Shown: piece after piece, positions 47,470-60,355 of the stretch
Layout of the letters: each line of letters begins with the position of its first letter
Numbering within the stretch: the first letter of the stretch is position 1
Assembly (NCBI GenBank): GCA_010093815.1
Contig: ML996568.1
Length of the DNA: 64,000 bases
Reading direction: 5' to 3' (one strand)
DNA from: Pseudovirgaria hyperparasitica
Lineage: Eukaryota
The notes under the pieces: model-generated
Told to the model about the DNA's origin: nothing
The model's input: the letters and a program-made list of their open reading frames with translations, nothing else
Databases searched by the model: none
Made by a program: the position numbers and the translations under genes

Positions 47470-49996
47470 TTAGTCAGGCGTTGGGAGTTGACGCGTCCTC
47501 ATCGCTACGACGGTCTCTGATGCTGTAAGGCTTCGGCTTGGATTATGAGCGATCCAATCACGCATCAATTTGCGCAATTCCAATGGCCCGTAACTTTCAG
47601 CCCAAGAAATTGGACTTTCACCGCAAGCGTCTAAAATACGTGGATTTGCGCCACCGCGAAGAAGGACCCCGGCAGTCTCTGCATATCCTCTGTAGCACGC
47701 TATGAACAGTGCAGTTGAGTTGTGCCGGCCACCTTTGGCATCAATTTTTTGCGTGGGATCCGCCGCAAGAATTGCTTTGACGACCTGAGTAAGACCAAAG
47801 GAAGCTGCGTAATATAGGGGTTGTGTGTTTGCAAGTGTATGAGGCTGTGCTTCAGGTAGAAGTAGCTGTATCCAGGTTCCAAAATTACCACCATTTGGGA
47901 GACTTCGCGTATTCAGGAATTTGAGAATCATTGCGAGGTCAGATTTCTCGAGAGTACTGGTTACACCATGCTGAGCCCAGCGAAGGGCTACATATGGAAG
48001 AAGTGCGTAGTTTGCAACGAGATTATGCAACACATGCGGCCCGAATCTGTATCCAGGGAGAAAGTTCTGAAATGTGAGATATTCAAGGCATCTCCGCATG
48101 ATAAGTGTATCTGCTTGCTTCGGGTCCAAGTAAAACGTGTTGATATATGACGAAGCGAGCCAGTCGGAGGTCAAGAAGGCCTTTACGGAGGCGTGTGATA
48201 AGGTTACTGTGCCTTTATCAACATGCAGGAGGCCATAACATTTTCTTATGATCTCGTCGAGAGACAGGAATCTGCTGTCTTCATCGAGTACCCCTTCGCA
48301 CTCCGTGATGATAACTGCTTCAGTGAGCTCGTCCAACTTCATAGGCCTCTCAGCAAACGCTACCCACAACAGAAGCTCTTGAACATAACGCGAATCTTCG
48401 GGCGAAATCCGTGTTAGTATATTAGCGTAAATCTCCTTTAACGTTCGAGGAAGGTCTCTCAAGGCGTTGCGCATCGCTTTGCCTGTCCTCTGAGAAGTCA
48501 GGTGACTCAGCGTTAATTGTGCCCAGCGGAAGCTGCGTAAGGTTAGTGACATGAGGTCTATGGTATATTCTGGGAACTCGTAGCTTACGAGCCGTCTGCA
48601 TTAGCACAGATTGAATTCATGATATCGGTTCTGAGCTCAGGCTTAAGTTTATGCAGAATGGGATTGCTAGCAAGTTCAAGCTCTGTATGAGCTTGGATAT
48701 CCCTGAAGACCAACATAGGGTCCATTAATACAGTCCGGATAGGGGCTTGTTGAGAGTGCCAGAACTTATGTTGTTCATCGGATGTACTAGTCATCACTAT
48801 CCGGACATGTTGAGTTTGGGACACGATTCGACTGATGGATTCTATAATTTCATCGCTTCTGACACTCTCGTTAATAGCATCTAGCAGCAGGAAAGTGGGT
48901 CCAAGGATTTTGCAACATGCGACCAGGGCATCTTCTACATATGTGAGTGTAGGAGCTCGGGGTTCCGAGCCCGATGACTTCGCTGTCGCGGTCAGGTAAT
49001 CCGACCGTATACGATCATGAATGGCTTCGTCAGCCTGACAAAGTTGGGCAAGAAAAGAGCCCATTATGTGGACGGTCTGTTGAGAGTCTAAACTGCTACC
49101 AGAGCAGTAGAAGTAGGCGAGGCGAATACCTTCCTGTGTATGAGTGAAGTGATCCACAATACTTGAACTAAAGATGCCTTAGCCCAAAAGTGAAGGACAG
49201 TTTAAAGTGCACTATGACTAAAGTGTGCTTACCACAGCGTGCTTTTCCCAGAACCAGCTATTTCAAATCAGTAAAATCGTTCGAGGTACGACACACGGCA
49301 CTGACATTTGCCTTTTAAGACCATTATAAGGCTACAGCTGGTCGGATTACTCAGAAATTGAGTGAGAGGGCCTTGCATAAACCACTGTCCGGCATCATAT
49401 CGACGGCCCTCGCGGATTTGCTTATGTGTTGTGGTATAGCTCACTGGACACAGCCAGGAGAGCATAGCAGTGTTCTCGTGTGTTGTTCTCACCTGTCGCC
49501 TTTCGTGCAGGTCTTGTTCCAGTGTCGCGCAGAGAACCTCCATGCTCGAATGAATTTCACGGACAAGCCCACTGCTTTCGGTGGTCAGAACAAGTACAAA
49601 CCAAGTCTTGGCACGCTCAAGTCTTGCAAAGTGCTTGTCGACGTCTGTTCGCTTCAGTGGCCATTCCAGCCGCTTCATTAGTCGAGCTACTCGTTTCCTC
49701 GGTTCCTCCAAATCTTTGAGCAGTGACTGCAGAAAGCTTTGTGTCATTGTCACCATCTCGGAGAACTTCTGCTCATCAAAACTCGGAGTCATCTGGAATG
49801 GAGAAGTGCCAGAAGATACTCTACTGTTCGCATCGGTTTGGAGGTATTCTAGTGCTCCTTGGAGACTGAACAGTTCCTGGCTCAACCTCGCGACGTCGTC
49901 CGCCGCGTGTGCAACATTTTTACCGTAATCGATCAGACAAGCTGTGACTTGTCCAATAGCAATGATCAGTCCCGCGACTGATATAGGGTCTCCCAT
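47470..49996 (-). CDS. NLR-like STAND protein: N-terminal helical domain + NACHT + ankyrin repeats (3 introns)
   Basis: MGDPISVAGLIIAIGQV N-terminus, spliced Walker A GKSGSGKSTLCS, LAYFYC, Walker B FLLLDAINES, ADGS/FRWAQL, LPRTLKEIY, ankyrins PLYYAASFG and ALFIACYRG. Confidence 0.88.
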
Positions 49997-51955
49997 TTTG
50001 GGTTATAGCAGCAGGAGACGAGTTACGCGTTGGGACAGGTGCTATTATATAGAAGGCGGGCGAGCTCTACGCTCATGATCACGTCCTGAGACTGATGGCC
50101 TCAACCATGCAGCGACAGAAGCGCGTCTGGCTAGCAGCCACACTTAGTATGTAGTATAGATAGAGATGTTGACACAAGCGTGAATATGCAGAGACGAAGT
50201 GAAGCAAGGCACCAGGGCAGCAGCAAGCTCAGCTGGGAGCCTGGAGTTGGAGTTGACGTTTAAAGTCTCGGAGCCCGATCCTGGTGGGATGAGAGCGCGC
50301 TAAGGCCTAAATATACTAGCCCCATCGGGACTCGGACGGGAGGTCCGCCCGAGGGGCCATGCGGTGTCTAATATTAATTAGTTCTATCCTCAGCGGTTCC
50401 AACGCGACTGAAATTCTGCCACGCGTTGCAATGGCCTATCACCCTTCTAAGTCTCATCTCAAAAATGAAAGCGGAGGGATGGACTTGCGTAGATGCTAAC
50501 AGGTGAATCTGCAGTGGCAAAAACGCATAATTTGACTAAGTTCCCTCACTTTCACGCGGATGCTTGAACGAGCAGTCGTCATTGTAGTAGGCGTGGGCAG
50601 CAAGCGAGGCTGGAAGGTTGACAAGGGCATAGTTCTCTTCATTGATTCTGATTAGGACAGGAAGATCTATTATCACCTTTGGCAAGACAGGTCTTGCATT
50701 TATTGACATCGGATCCCCGAGTTCTCCGGATAGGCATCCAATCACAGGGCGCCGGACAAATTGTAGCAGCATCGAGAAAAGCGATCTGACGCATCTCAAC
50801 GTCTCCTTTCAGGTTTTAGCAGTCTTGTTCGTCATCCCTCCCTATCTTGTTGCATCAACATTTTACTCCTTCTGTTCAGACTTCACGATAATGATCGGGA
50901 TCTGATGAATCATGTCTTTCGGCCTCAATTTAGTAGTACCGAGTACCCAGTCTGCCGAAACAGTCTATATGCATGCGCAGGCAAAGGCGGGTTGAAGTCC
51001 GGCGTGGTGGCATCGCTTGCATATTTAAAATACTTGTCTGCGACGGACTTCGAGGGTCGGGTAGCACCGGCCATCATGATATGTAAAGCTAAGAGCTGGG
51101 TGTCACTGTCGCCAGCTACAAATGTGAGCCCTTGGTCCAAAGCTAAGGTACATTCTTTTGGTCATGACACCTCTTTAGCAAATGAAAAAGTCAGCTATGG
51201 TGGCCGGCAGTTTTCAATGTCAATTGCCAACATGAGTAATGCGGTGGCACACGGAGAAATGCTGTCAATGTTACGCCACTTCGAGCACAGACTTACATGT
51301 CCCAGGTATCATCTAATGTGGGCTCCGATGGTGAGTTTACCGAGAGCACTGCCCATAGAGTGCTGTTCGGCTCGCGACATTTTGCGTTTAGATTGCTACA
51401 GTTCCGTCATACTCTCTGATGCAATTGCATCTCAGTATCATCGTACCGGACAGCGCGCTATTAGATGTGGACGTACCGTTACCCCAGATCACGGCAGCAA
51501 TGGCTATGGTTATCTTTTGCCCAACGTGTTGAACAACACAACTATACCAAGTACGTCCCGTAGGCGACGAATGCGGCTGCACATGACGCTGTGGTCTGTG
51601 GTCGAGTATCGTTCCTGCGTTCGCTTCGGGAAGATAAAAGAAAGTCCGTTTACAGTGGGTCTTCACTTCGTTCATTATCTTCGAGTGATTTGTCTCTTAT
51701 TTGCAATTTGAAAATTCTACGTGTCCCCTCGCCCACACAGACGTGTCTCGGTACGCTGGCTTGCAAATCTTACACATCGTTAAAGAAGCGGCTGGTAAGG
51801 TTGGGGTGTTGATTCCGTATCTCATCTGCAGTGGAAAAGTCGCTCATTGTCTCTCTTTCTTGCTCTCGCTCTTGTCTTCTGCACATCTTTCCAATCTATA
51901 CTAATTTAATTCCTTGTGCCTGCTCCGTTATCCAGGAAGCACTTTCTCAAGTACA

Positions 51956-54288
51956 ATGAGGTCGTCAACTTGGACGCTGCTCTTCTGTGCAGCCAATGCT
52001 GTCTCCGCCATTGGCCCCGGTCATTGGAAAGGCAGTGATGGGAAGTGCGGAGGCGCTTCGGGTTTGAGCTGCTGGCATTCCATGTTTGGGAACTGCTGTA
52101 GCAAAGATGGTCATTGTGGTAGCACACCTCAGCACTGCGGAATCGGATGCCAGTCACAGTTCGGTCACTGTTCAGATAACAAAGGTCAAGGCTTGCAGGT
52201 ATCGCCGCATGGAAGATGTGGACAAGGAATTGGCTACACATGCGAAGGATCGCCCGAGGGTGGATGCTGTAGTGTCTGGGGATTCTGGTACGTACTAAAC
52301 CTATACATATTAACAATGGCACTGACTTTCAGCAGTGGTTCGACTCCAGAGCACTGCGGTAAAGGATGCAATCCAAAGTTCGGAAAATGTAACAAGGCAG
52401 CGCGGAGGAACGCTCCACCACCATTCGTTACGGATGCCAGTACATGTCCCACCAAGCCAATGGAGACTGTCACCTCAACGATCTGGGTGGATGAGCCTGA
52501 AGAGACAGGATTTGATGGCTTTCCAGGCGAGGATGACGACGATGACATTCCAGGTCTTCCAAATGGCATGACTGACCCATATGCTGCATCGCCTGCTAAG
52601 GTCATCATCGACCCGCACTGTGTGCCATGTGAAGGTCAGCCTGGTAAAAATCCCGATGAATGGTGCGGTCTTACCATCCACACCAACTACTATAAGGAGA
52701 TTCCGAAAACCTGTCGTACGGTTGAGTATACTGTGCATGTCGAAAATACTACTATTGCCCCAGATGGTATTGAACGTTTGGGACTCATCATTAATGGCCA
52801 AATGCCAGGACCCATGATTCACGCCAGCTGGGGAGATATGGTCCGAATCCATGTCTTTAACGACCTGACGAACAACGGAACTAGTATTCACTTCCACGGC
52901 AGCAGGATGAACCACACAAACGATATGGATGGTGTTCCTTCCATCACCCAGTGTCCCATTCAACCAGGCGGTAAGATGACGTATGAGTGGAGAGCTAGCC
53001 AGTATGGAACTTCGTGGTACCACTCCCACTTCGCAATTCAAGCTTGGGAGGGTGCTTTCGGTCCACTGGTGGTCAAAGGACCTCATAGCGCTGATTTCGA
53101 CTTTGATATGGGTGTCATCACTCTACAAGATTGGAGCCACAACACAGTCGACTCAATGTACGCTGCCGCAGAAGATTCCGTTGCCGGTGGTCCACGAATT
53201 ATGGACAATGGTCTTCTTAATGGAAAGAACACCTGGGGTCCTGATGGAACCAACAACCAAACGGGCAAACGATTTGAGATGGACTTTGCACCAGGACGCA
53301 AGCACTTGATACGCTTGGTAAACACTGCTATCCAGTCGACGTTCAAGTTCTCCCTCGACGGTCACAAGATGACTGTCATAGCGACGGATTTTACGCCCAT
53401 TGAACCCTATGAGACTGATGTTCTAAACATCAACATTGGTATGTGAACCTGTCTTCTACACCTCAAAATTTCTAACGAACCACAGGTCAACGTTACAACG
53501 TCATTATCGAAGCTGATCAGCCGCATGGCGCCTACTGGATGCGCTCTGACAATCAGAATGCTTGTGCAGGCACGGTTCAGGCCACCGACATCAAGGGTAT
53601 AGTGCGTTACATCGGTACTGACGGGACACCCACGAGCACAGCACATGGCTACACAGGTGAATGTGTGGACGAGAAGAGTAGCTTGATCAAGCCAATCCTT
53701 CAGCTCGACGCTTTTGCCTCCGATATCGACATTCAAAAAGCAGTCACTGTTGCTCCAGACTCTAATAACATGTTCCGCTGGTACCTCTCTGGGGAGACTT
53801 TCACATCACAGTGGAACAGTCCGACGCTGTACCAGTACCTTCAGAATGGCACCCACACTAGCACTGACAACCTCATCATCGAATTGCCGAACGAGGGCGA
53901 GTGGGTGTACCTGATCATTGAGCAAGAGGTCGCCCTGCCTCACCCGATCCATCTTCACGGCCACGATTTCTTCGAGATTGCATCAGGGACTGGTGCGTAC
54001 ACTAAGGATACTCCTCTACGCTTGAAGAACCCGGTACGAAGAGATACCGCACTACTACCTGGGAACGGCTTCCTCGTCATTGCATGGGTCGTCGACAACC
54101 CTGGTGTCTGGCTGGCGCATTGCCATATTGGCTGGCACACGTCCATGGGAATGGCTCTGCAGTTTGCGGAGATGACATCGCAAATTCGGAGCTCGATTAA
54201 GGAAGAGAAGACGATTAATGACCAATGTGCAAACTGGAGCTCGTACATGAACAGCAGTGGGTTGAAGATGGCTGATTCTGGGGTGTGA
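51956..54288 (+). CDS. Secreted laccase-like multicopper oxidase (AA1) with two N-terminal CBM18/hevein chitin-binding modules
   Basis: Signal peptide, two CG...CCS..G.CG....C..GCQ..FG.C modules, copper motifs HFHG, WYHSH, HPIHLHGH and HCHIGWH...M. Introns at 52288-52335 and 53439-53485. Confidence 0.93.
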
Positions 54289-54786
54289 AAGTCTTTGGTT
54301 GACGATTACAATACAACCTCACAGGCTTTGGCAGCGGTAATTCATGACTTATTTTCTTTTACACTTTTCCAGCTTTAGGGTGTGGCGTTGTTCATATGAG
54401 AAAGGCCTACCTGCGTGTACGAAGAATTTATAGACACTAAATATTTCACTTACCTTTCCAAATGCAAGACTTCAAGCCTATACAGTAAAACCCCCGCATC
54501 TCTTGCAAGCCTTATGATCTTCTGCCTTAATGACGTGTTGAGATCCTAGACCAGTATCGTGCTCGGGATTTCGGGTTGTTATGCTTCGGAACAACCAGGT
54601 TCCTGAGTCTAGGTCACAGTAGGGCTATCCGCATTTAGTAAGCGACAGTCTCCTCACACATATTCATACCTAATAACAAATCAGTACATGAACATAATAA
54701 GTTTTTACTCAGAGTCCGAGGAACCGCTTCCAGGCTCTCCATTCTCCTGAACAGCCGTATCATACGTCAAGATACCCATATCTAAT

Positions 54787-55265
54787 ATGTCGTTTCCGAC
54801 TCGTAATTTCTCTCCGCCTAATCACCCATCTCCCGCATTCTACTGTATGGCGAAATTCCCAAATCCCCTCACTCAAATCCTAATGTCATCTCCATAGCGC
54901 ATATATCCCTGACTAGCCCAAACACGACGCTTGTCACGCTCGCAGGCCAGATCGGACGGGCTCCACACAGCGACTCTGTGCCCGCCTCGCTAGCCGAACA
55001 AGTCAGCATCGCGCTTTCGAACGTAGATCACTGTCTGGCCGCTGTGGGCGCAACGCATGCTGATATCGTTTCGGTAAGACAGTATGTCGTTAATTTGGAT
55101 CCCAAGGAAGAGCAGAGGAAGAGGATCTACGCGGCGTGGATGGATGCTGAGGGGGTCATTGATAGAAAGGCACCAAGTACAGTTATCGGGGTGATGGGAC
55201 TAGCGGTGGAGGGGTGTTTGTATGAGATCGAGGTGGTTGCAGCAATGAAAGATGATGGCCTTTGA
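54787..55265 (+). CDS. Rid/YjgF/YER057c/UK114 family protein
   Basis: Intron 54845-54897. Motifs YSH, LAGQIG, QV..AL.NV..CL and LYEIEVVA. Confidence 0.85.
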
Positions 55266-55623
55266 TGAGGTCTCGTTGTGCATGCCGATGCAATGTGTTG
55301 CATCGCGCAGAGTGGAGCTTGATACAGTACATGGCGGACATGCAGTAATGCATGGCGCAGTGTTGGCGTCTCCGACATGCAGGATCAAGTTTACTACTGA
55401 CATACAAGCACACTTGAAACAAGGATGCCTGCGTATGTTCATGGACATCTGTAACTTCACACTCCAAGTTGCAACGTTTCACTACGCCACGGCTAGTGCT
55501 ACCTGTTCAGCCCTACCACCCTTCGCTAGCCTGTTCTGGTCAGCACAGCCACACCTCCTGAACCCTGAATATCTACCTCGAAGTCATTCTCACATTCGAA
55601 AGAAAAAAGGATCACATGCCCCA

Positions 55624-57367
55624 ATGAACTCCTCACGACCGTTCGCGTCCGCCAGAAACACCTTCGCACCCGCCTTCCAATACCTCTCACAAATAACGTC
55701 TTCGAACACAAGATCTAAGCCCTCGACCTTCCCTTCTCATCACCGCCGCGCAAGCTCCATCTCCATCGATGGTATAGACCTCGAGGCGTCCGCATACACC
55801 GACGAAGAGCTCGACGAAAACTTCGGCCCGGCCATGCCGCACTCTGCACGTACAAGTGCCAGTTCGAATGAGCTGGCCCCGTCAGCGATTCCACTGATCG
55901 ATTTCTCACGGTCCTCGAGTCCATATCCTCGGTCGCGCAGCGCGGTGCAGAGTGAAGATGAGGACGACGATTATGAATTTGAGAGAGAGAGCTCGATAAG
56001 ACCGTTGGTATCGCAGTCGCGAGGGGGCAGCCAGCGGGGCTGGAAGAGTATACTCAAGCCTGGTGGATTGGGACAATTCTTTTTTGGGACATGGGCGGGG
56101 TGGCAGGTTTATGTTGGAATACTTGTGTTCTGGGTTGGGGGCTGTTCCTTTGGCCTGTTGTTGATGAATCGATTTATACTGCTCAGTAAGTGCGAGTTGA
56201 CTGGGGAGTGTGCGAGACAAGGGCTAACATGGTTGCAGCTGGTGTCTACAAGATCAGGTATCCTCTCGCGGCGACGTATATTCAACTTATAATCACGCAT
56301 ATACTACTTGTTGTCTCGGCCAGTTTGACAAGAGCTCTTGCGGGACCATTGAGGAGGATCGGACTTGGTGGAATAGCTGCTCCGGGCCTGCCCGCGCTTT
56401 CGAACAATCCGAGCTACAGATCTGGGAAGAGTAGCTTTGCGTACCGCTGGCTGATAGGAGGATCTGGAGGCATTGCAGGTGGTGGCTTGTTCGAATTTGA
56501 ACGTGCTGCAGCTATGCACGTTCTTCCATTAGCTGCAATCTACGTCGGCAAGGTCATGTTGAGTAACATTTCTTTCACGTAGGTCTATTGTCCACGAGAA
56601 TGACTAGCACTGACAGGCCCATGATCAACAGTTACACAGAGCTACCTGTCTACCAGATGTCACGCATTGGCATTGTCCCTCTTTCACTCATGTTTACAAG
56701 TGTACTCACGCGCGAGTCACATTCTGTTCCGACGCTCTCAGCAGCACTGACTGCAACTATCAACCTCTTTGTCGCGAGTTTAAAAAAGGATGCTAAAAGA
56801 CCTTGGGAGGGTGTCGTACCGGGAGTCTTCTCTGCATTCTTTGTTGCGCTATATCCTATCTTCCTACTACGAACATATCGCCTTCTCGTCGCCGACCTGG
56901 TTCCCCAAGGCGACATCCTGACTGGATTTCCTGCTTCTAGTGGTGACGAGACCCCTTCAAGTCGCGAAGAGACGCGTGCCTACTGGAGGACTCTACACTA
57001 CACATCCCTTCTCTCAATTTTTATAATGACACCGATCCTGTTCCTCTCCGGTGAGATTAGCGAGATGATGATGAACTGCTATGTTTGCGATGTTCCATTC
57101 CTCTGGTTGCTGATCTTGTGTGGAGGTATCGGCAGCTGGGCAGTGTTCGCGACCACTTTGCTTCTGGCCAAAGCTACCAGTCCGTTGACTGTCACGTTTC
57201 TAAGTATACCGCGTAGTGCGTTCCAGCTTACCATGTTAGAAGGCAAGATGCCGGTGCATAGTTGGGTTGGGATCCTTATTTGCTGGCTGAGCTGCTTGTG
57301 GTATTTGTTCACGAAGCGAGGAGAAGGGCGTCAGCTGGACCGATTACGTTTGGAAGGTCGGTCGTGA
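55624..57367 (+). CDS. Nucleotide-sugar (GDP-fucose-like, TPT/DMT) transporter, 2 introns
   Basis: Multiple TM helices, LLMNRFIL..GVYKIRYPL, LSNISF.Y.ELPVYQMSR, ATSPLT. Introns at ~56187-56239 and ~56579-56631. Confidence 0.8.
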
Positions 57368-57821
57368 CCATTGTAACATATCGAGCCGTGGCACAACAAC
57401 GATACCAAGAGGGTCTGGCCGCGACCTCACGCCTGCATTTCTCGGAGTCATGATCTACCAGCGAATCTGTGTAATTCTGTTGTATTCAATCGACAATCGC
57501 GTTACGAGAGGATTTTGCCGGGTATGTAGCCCCTGAAGATAGGTAGCTCTGGTGATGATGATCATCCCTGGCAATGGTGGTTAGGAAAAATCTCATGATG
57601 CTGGCCTACCCGGCATTCAGTCTCAATAGACTCGTCGCTATTGATACCCGGTATTTTCCTATTCACCGCCATGTCCTTGCTCTCTCCAGGCACCCATTTA
57701 AATAGGATACATTATCTATAAAGGCGTCTTGCTCCGTCCCTCGACCACTTCCATCTCTCTTGACTTTCCCAAACCTTCCAGATCAACAACACCGTTTCCA
57801 ACGATCTCTTTATATCCAGTC

Positions 57822-59504
57822 ATGCCTTCCCCACGAGCCATACTTATGCAGAGGATCAAGGAACTGATCATGGAGGATGGGGGAGCGGCGAATAAGTCTT
57901 CTAAGCCCATAGATTCAGACATCACATCATGCGTCAAGCTTGCAAGTCCTTCGATGGACATGGATATCTCAGCTACACTCAAGACTGATCTTCCACCCCC
58001 TGACTCTCCTAGCGAGACTGTTTCTCCCGGACAGCCATCAAGCCATCTTGTGGTGGATAACTTACAGCCAGTCTCCTCCATCTCTGCGGTTCAAATTCTA
58101 GACGATCTAGTTATCAATAAAGAGTCACCTCCTACCCCACCACCATCTCCTAAACTCTACCGTCCCCAGGAAGCGAAACCAACACACTCATCTCCGGCCT
58201 CGCTCGTGGACCCAGGTATCCAGTACCTGCGCTCAATCTTCAACTTGCCCACGTCGACATATGATCCCGTCGACCCATCCGCACCCATTCCGCAGTTCAT
58301 AAACTCGACCAACGCCCCGATCCTCGCCTCCATCGACTGCGAAGCCTGGGAAGACGATCGGCGCAGCGTGCAAGAGGTTGGTTTCGCCTTGCTCGATATA
58401 CGCAAGCTCAGTGGTGTCGCACCAGGCATAGCAGGAAGGGAGTGGATGCATCTGATTGAATATCATCATTACATCACGGAGGAGTACAAGCATCTCGTCA
58501 ACAAGCGCCAGCTCAAGGGCTGTCCTGATAAATTCCTCTTTGGCCAGAGCAAGGTTGTCAAGAAGGCAGAGTACAATGCTGTGTTGAGCGATCTGCTGAC
58601 CATCGAAGACGATCTTGTGCAGAGTGGTGGAAAGAAGGAGAAGTATAGGAGGATTGTCCTTGTTGGCCATTCCCTCGCAGACGACGTCAAGTACCTGGGA
58701 CTCTGCGGGTTTGATGTCGTTGCGCATATCCAGTCGCTTCTTCCGGATGGCCACCCATCCCCTACGGCGTCTCAGACCTCACCCAAAATTTCTATCAGTC
58801 CTACACAGGATCCAACCCAGAAGAACAAAGAAACGCCAACGCCACCACCACCATACCACCGGCCCCAGCCCACATCTTACCCTATCCCCACCCTCGACAC
58901 CCACACCCTCATTCAAGCCCTCTCCCCCCCAAGCTCCCCAGACCACCCCACTCAAAAGCTCATCCTCAGCGTCGGAAAGCTTATATACATGTTCACGCCT
59001 CCCTCGTCACCCTGCAAATCACAACATCTCCCACCACCACACCTGCACAACGCAGGCAACGACGCAGCATATACCCTCCACGCGCTAATCCTACTTGCAC
59101 TGCGCTGTGGCGAGCAAGTGGACGTGCCGTACTGGCCGTATGACCTGCTCACGTTCGTGCAGCGCAGACGGCGGGACGAGAGGTATCTGCAGGCTGTGTT
59201 GGAGATTAAATTGGGAGGAGCATTTTGGGGGGTTTGGAGGGGTTTCAGGGGGAAGATTCCTTTGGTGAATGGTGAGGATGGTCATGGTGGGGGGAAGAGG
59301 GAGGTGGTACAGGGAGAGGTGCAGATTGTCAGAAAGGAGATTACGGAGGCTCAGAGGGAGAGGAGACGCCGGGGAAGACGAAATGCGAAGGAGAATGCGC
59401 GGAAGAGGAGGGCGGAGGAGGATGCGAAGAAGTGCAGTGGCGTAGGTGTGGGTGGGGGTGAGGGTGATGAGAAGTATGACTCTGGTGTTGAGATTGAGGG
59501 ATGA
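57822..59504 (+). CDS. DEDDh exonuclease-like protein, QIP/Gfd2/YDR514C family
   Basis: SIDCEAWE..QEVGFALLD, VLVGHSLADDVKYL, LDT and LHNAGNDAAYTL. The start codon is uncertain. Confidence 0.82.
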   Translation: MPSPRAILMQRIKELIMEDGGAANKSSKPIDSDITSCVKLASPSMDMDISATLKTDLPPPDSPSETVSPGQPSSHLVVDNLQPVSSISAVQILDDLVINKESPPTPPPSPKLYRPQEAKPTHSSPASLVDPGIQYLRSIFNLPTSTYDPVDPSAPIPQFINSTNAPILASIDCEAWEDDRRSVQEVGFALLDIRKLSGVAPGIAGREWMHLIEYHHYITEEYKHLVNKRQLKGCPDKFLFGQSKVVKKAEYNAVLSDLLTIEDDLVQSGGKKEKYRRIVLVGHSLADDVKYLGLCGFDVVAHIQSLLPDGHPSPTASQTSPKISISPTQDPTQKNKETPTPPPPYHRPQPTSYPIPTLDTHTLIQALSPPSSPDHPTQKLILSVGKLIYMFTPPSSPCKSQHLPPPHLHNAGNDAAYTLHALILLALRCGEQVDVPYWPYDLLTFVQRRRRDERYLQAVLEIKLGGAFWGVWRGFRGKIPLVNGEDGHGGGKREVVQGEVQIVRKEITEAQRERRRRGRRNAKENARKRRAEEDAKKCSGVGVGGGEGDEKYDSGVEIEG

Positions 59505-60355
59505 AGATTGGACTGGGAGTGTATTGGTACTGTGATCAAGTCTTTTCATGGACATTTTTTTGGGGAGCTGAGAACCGGTTTCATGCTTTCATATGGCTCG
59601 ATACCCGGGCTATGAATAGTACTGCTTATTGCATGGTTGCTTTGGGCAAGTCAGTCATAGTCAGATCGAGGATCTGTTTCTCAATCTCTGACCAGGCCAG
59701 CTACTTACACAATGTATTTACCACACTCCAACTAGTAAGATCCCAGCTGTTCCATCTGTAGCTCGCTTATAGCTCTGGCCACTGGATACTTAAGACCGCG
59801 TTTCGAATGCGTTGAGCTGACCTGGGCAGAATCATGAAACGTGCTACTGGGACATGCGATGTTACGGTCTTCCAAGCTGGCGAATCGAGGCGTGATATGT
59901 TGGGTAGTGGTGTGTGCTGATGGATCTAATGCTGAATGATTGCAATGCAGGGCTGGCAAAAAAGAATTGTTAGTAGATGTTGGAGGCCAGAGTGTGATGG
60001 TGGTGGCGGTGACTGGGTGTTGTTGGGGATTTGGGATGGGTAGATTGGGATTGCGCGCTGGTCGAAAGATAGATTGTGATGTCCTCAAGGCAAAAGGGTG
60101 ATGTAAAGTGGAATGGTGGGGGCTTGTGAGGGTACAGCAAGCGGAGCACAATCACGTAAAGCTATACACATCAGGTATGTTGTGGTGTGGGACTTAGGCC
60201 GCAGCGGCCCACCCACACGATGCGTATCATTTTTGATGGGGTATCAGCTACCATAACCATATACGCCGCCAGATGCCGCTGGCTTCTATTGAAGCCCAAA
60301 ATGAGTACAAGTTTAAAATCCGCTTCGCCCAGAACACCGGCGCAACCCCCACTGT

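Noticed and set aside
50536..51711. 268-aa + strand ORF (50905-51711) and overlapping minus-strand ORFs
   Set aside because: No recognisable domain and atypical composition. A spliced gene here cannot be excluded but I cannot support one.
37260..52000. Starship or other giant-element cargo region, or a secondary-metabolite cluster
   Set aside because: No DUF3435 tyrosine recombinase captain, element boundary or PKS/NRPS backbone gene is visible in the window.
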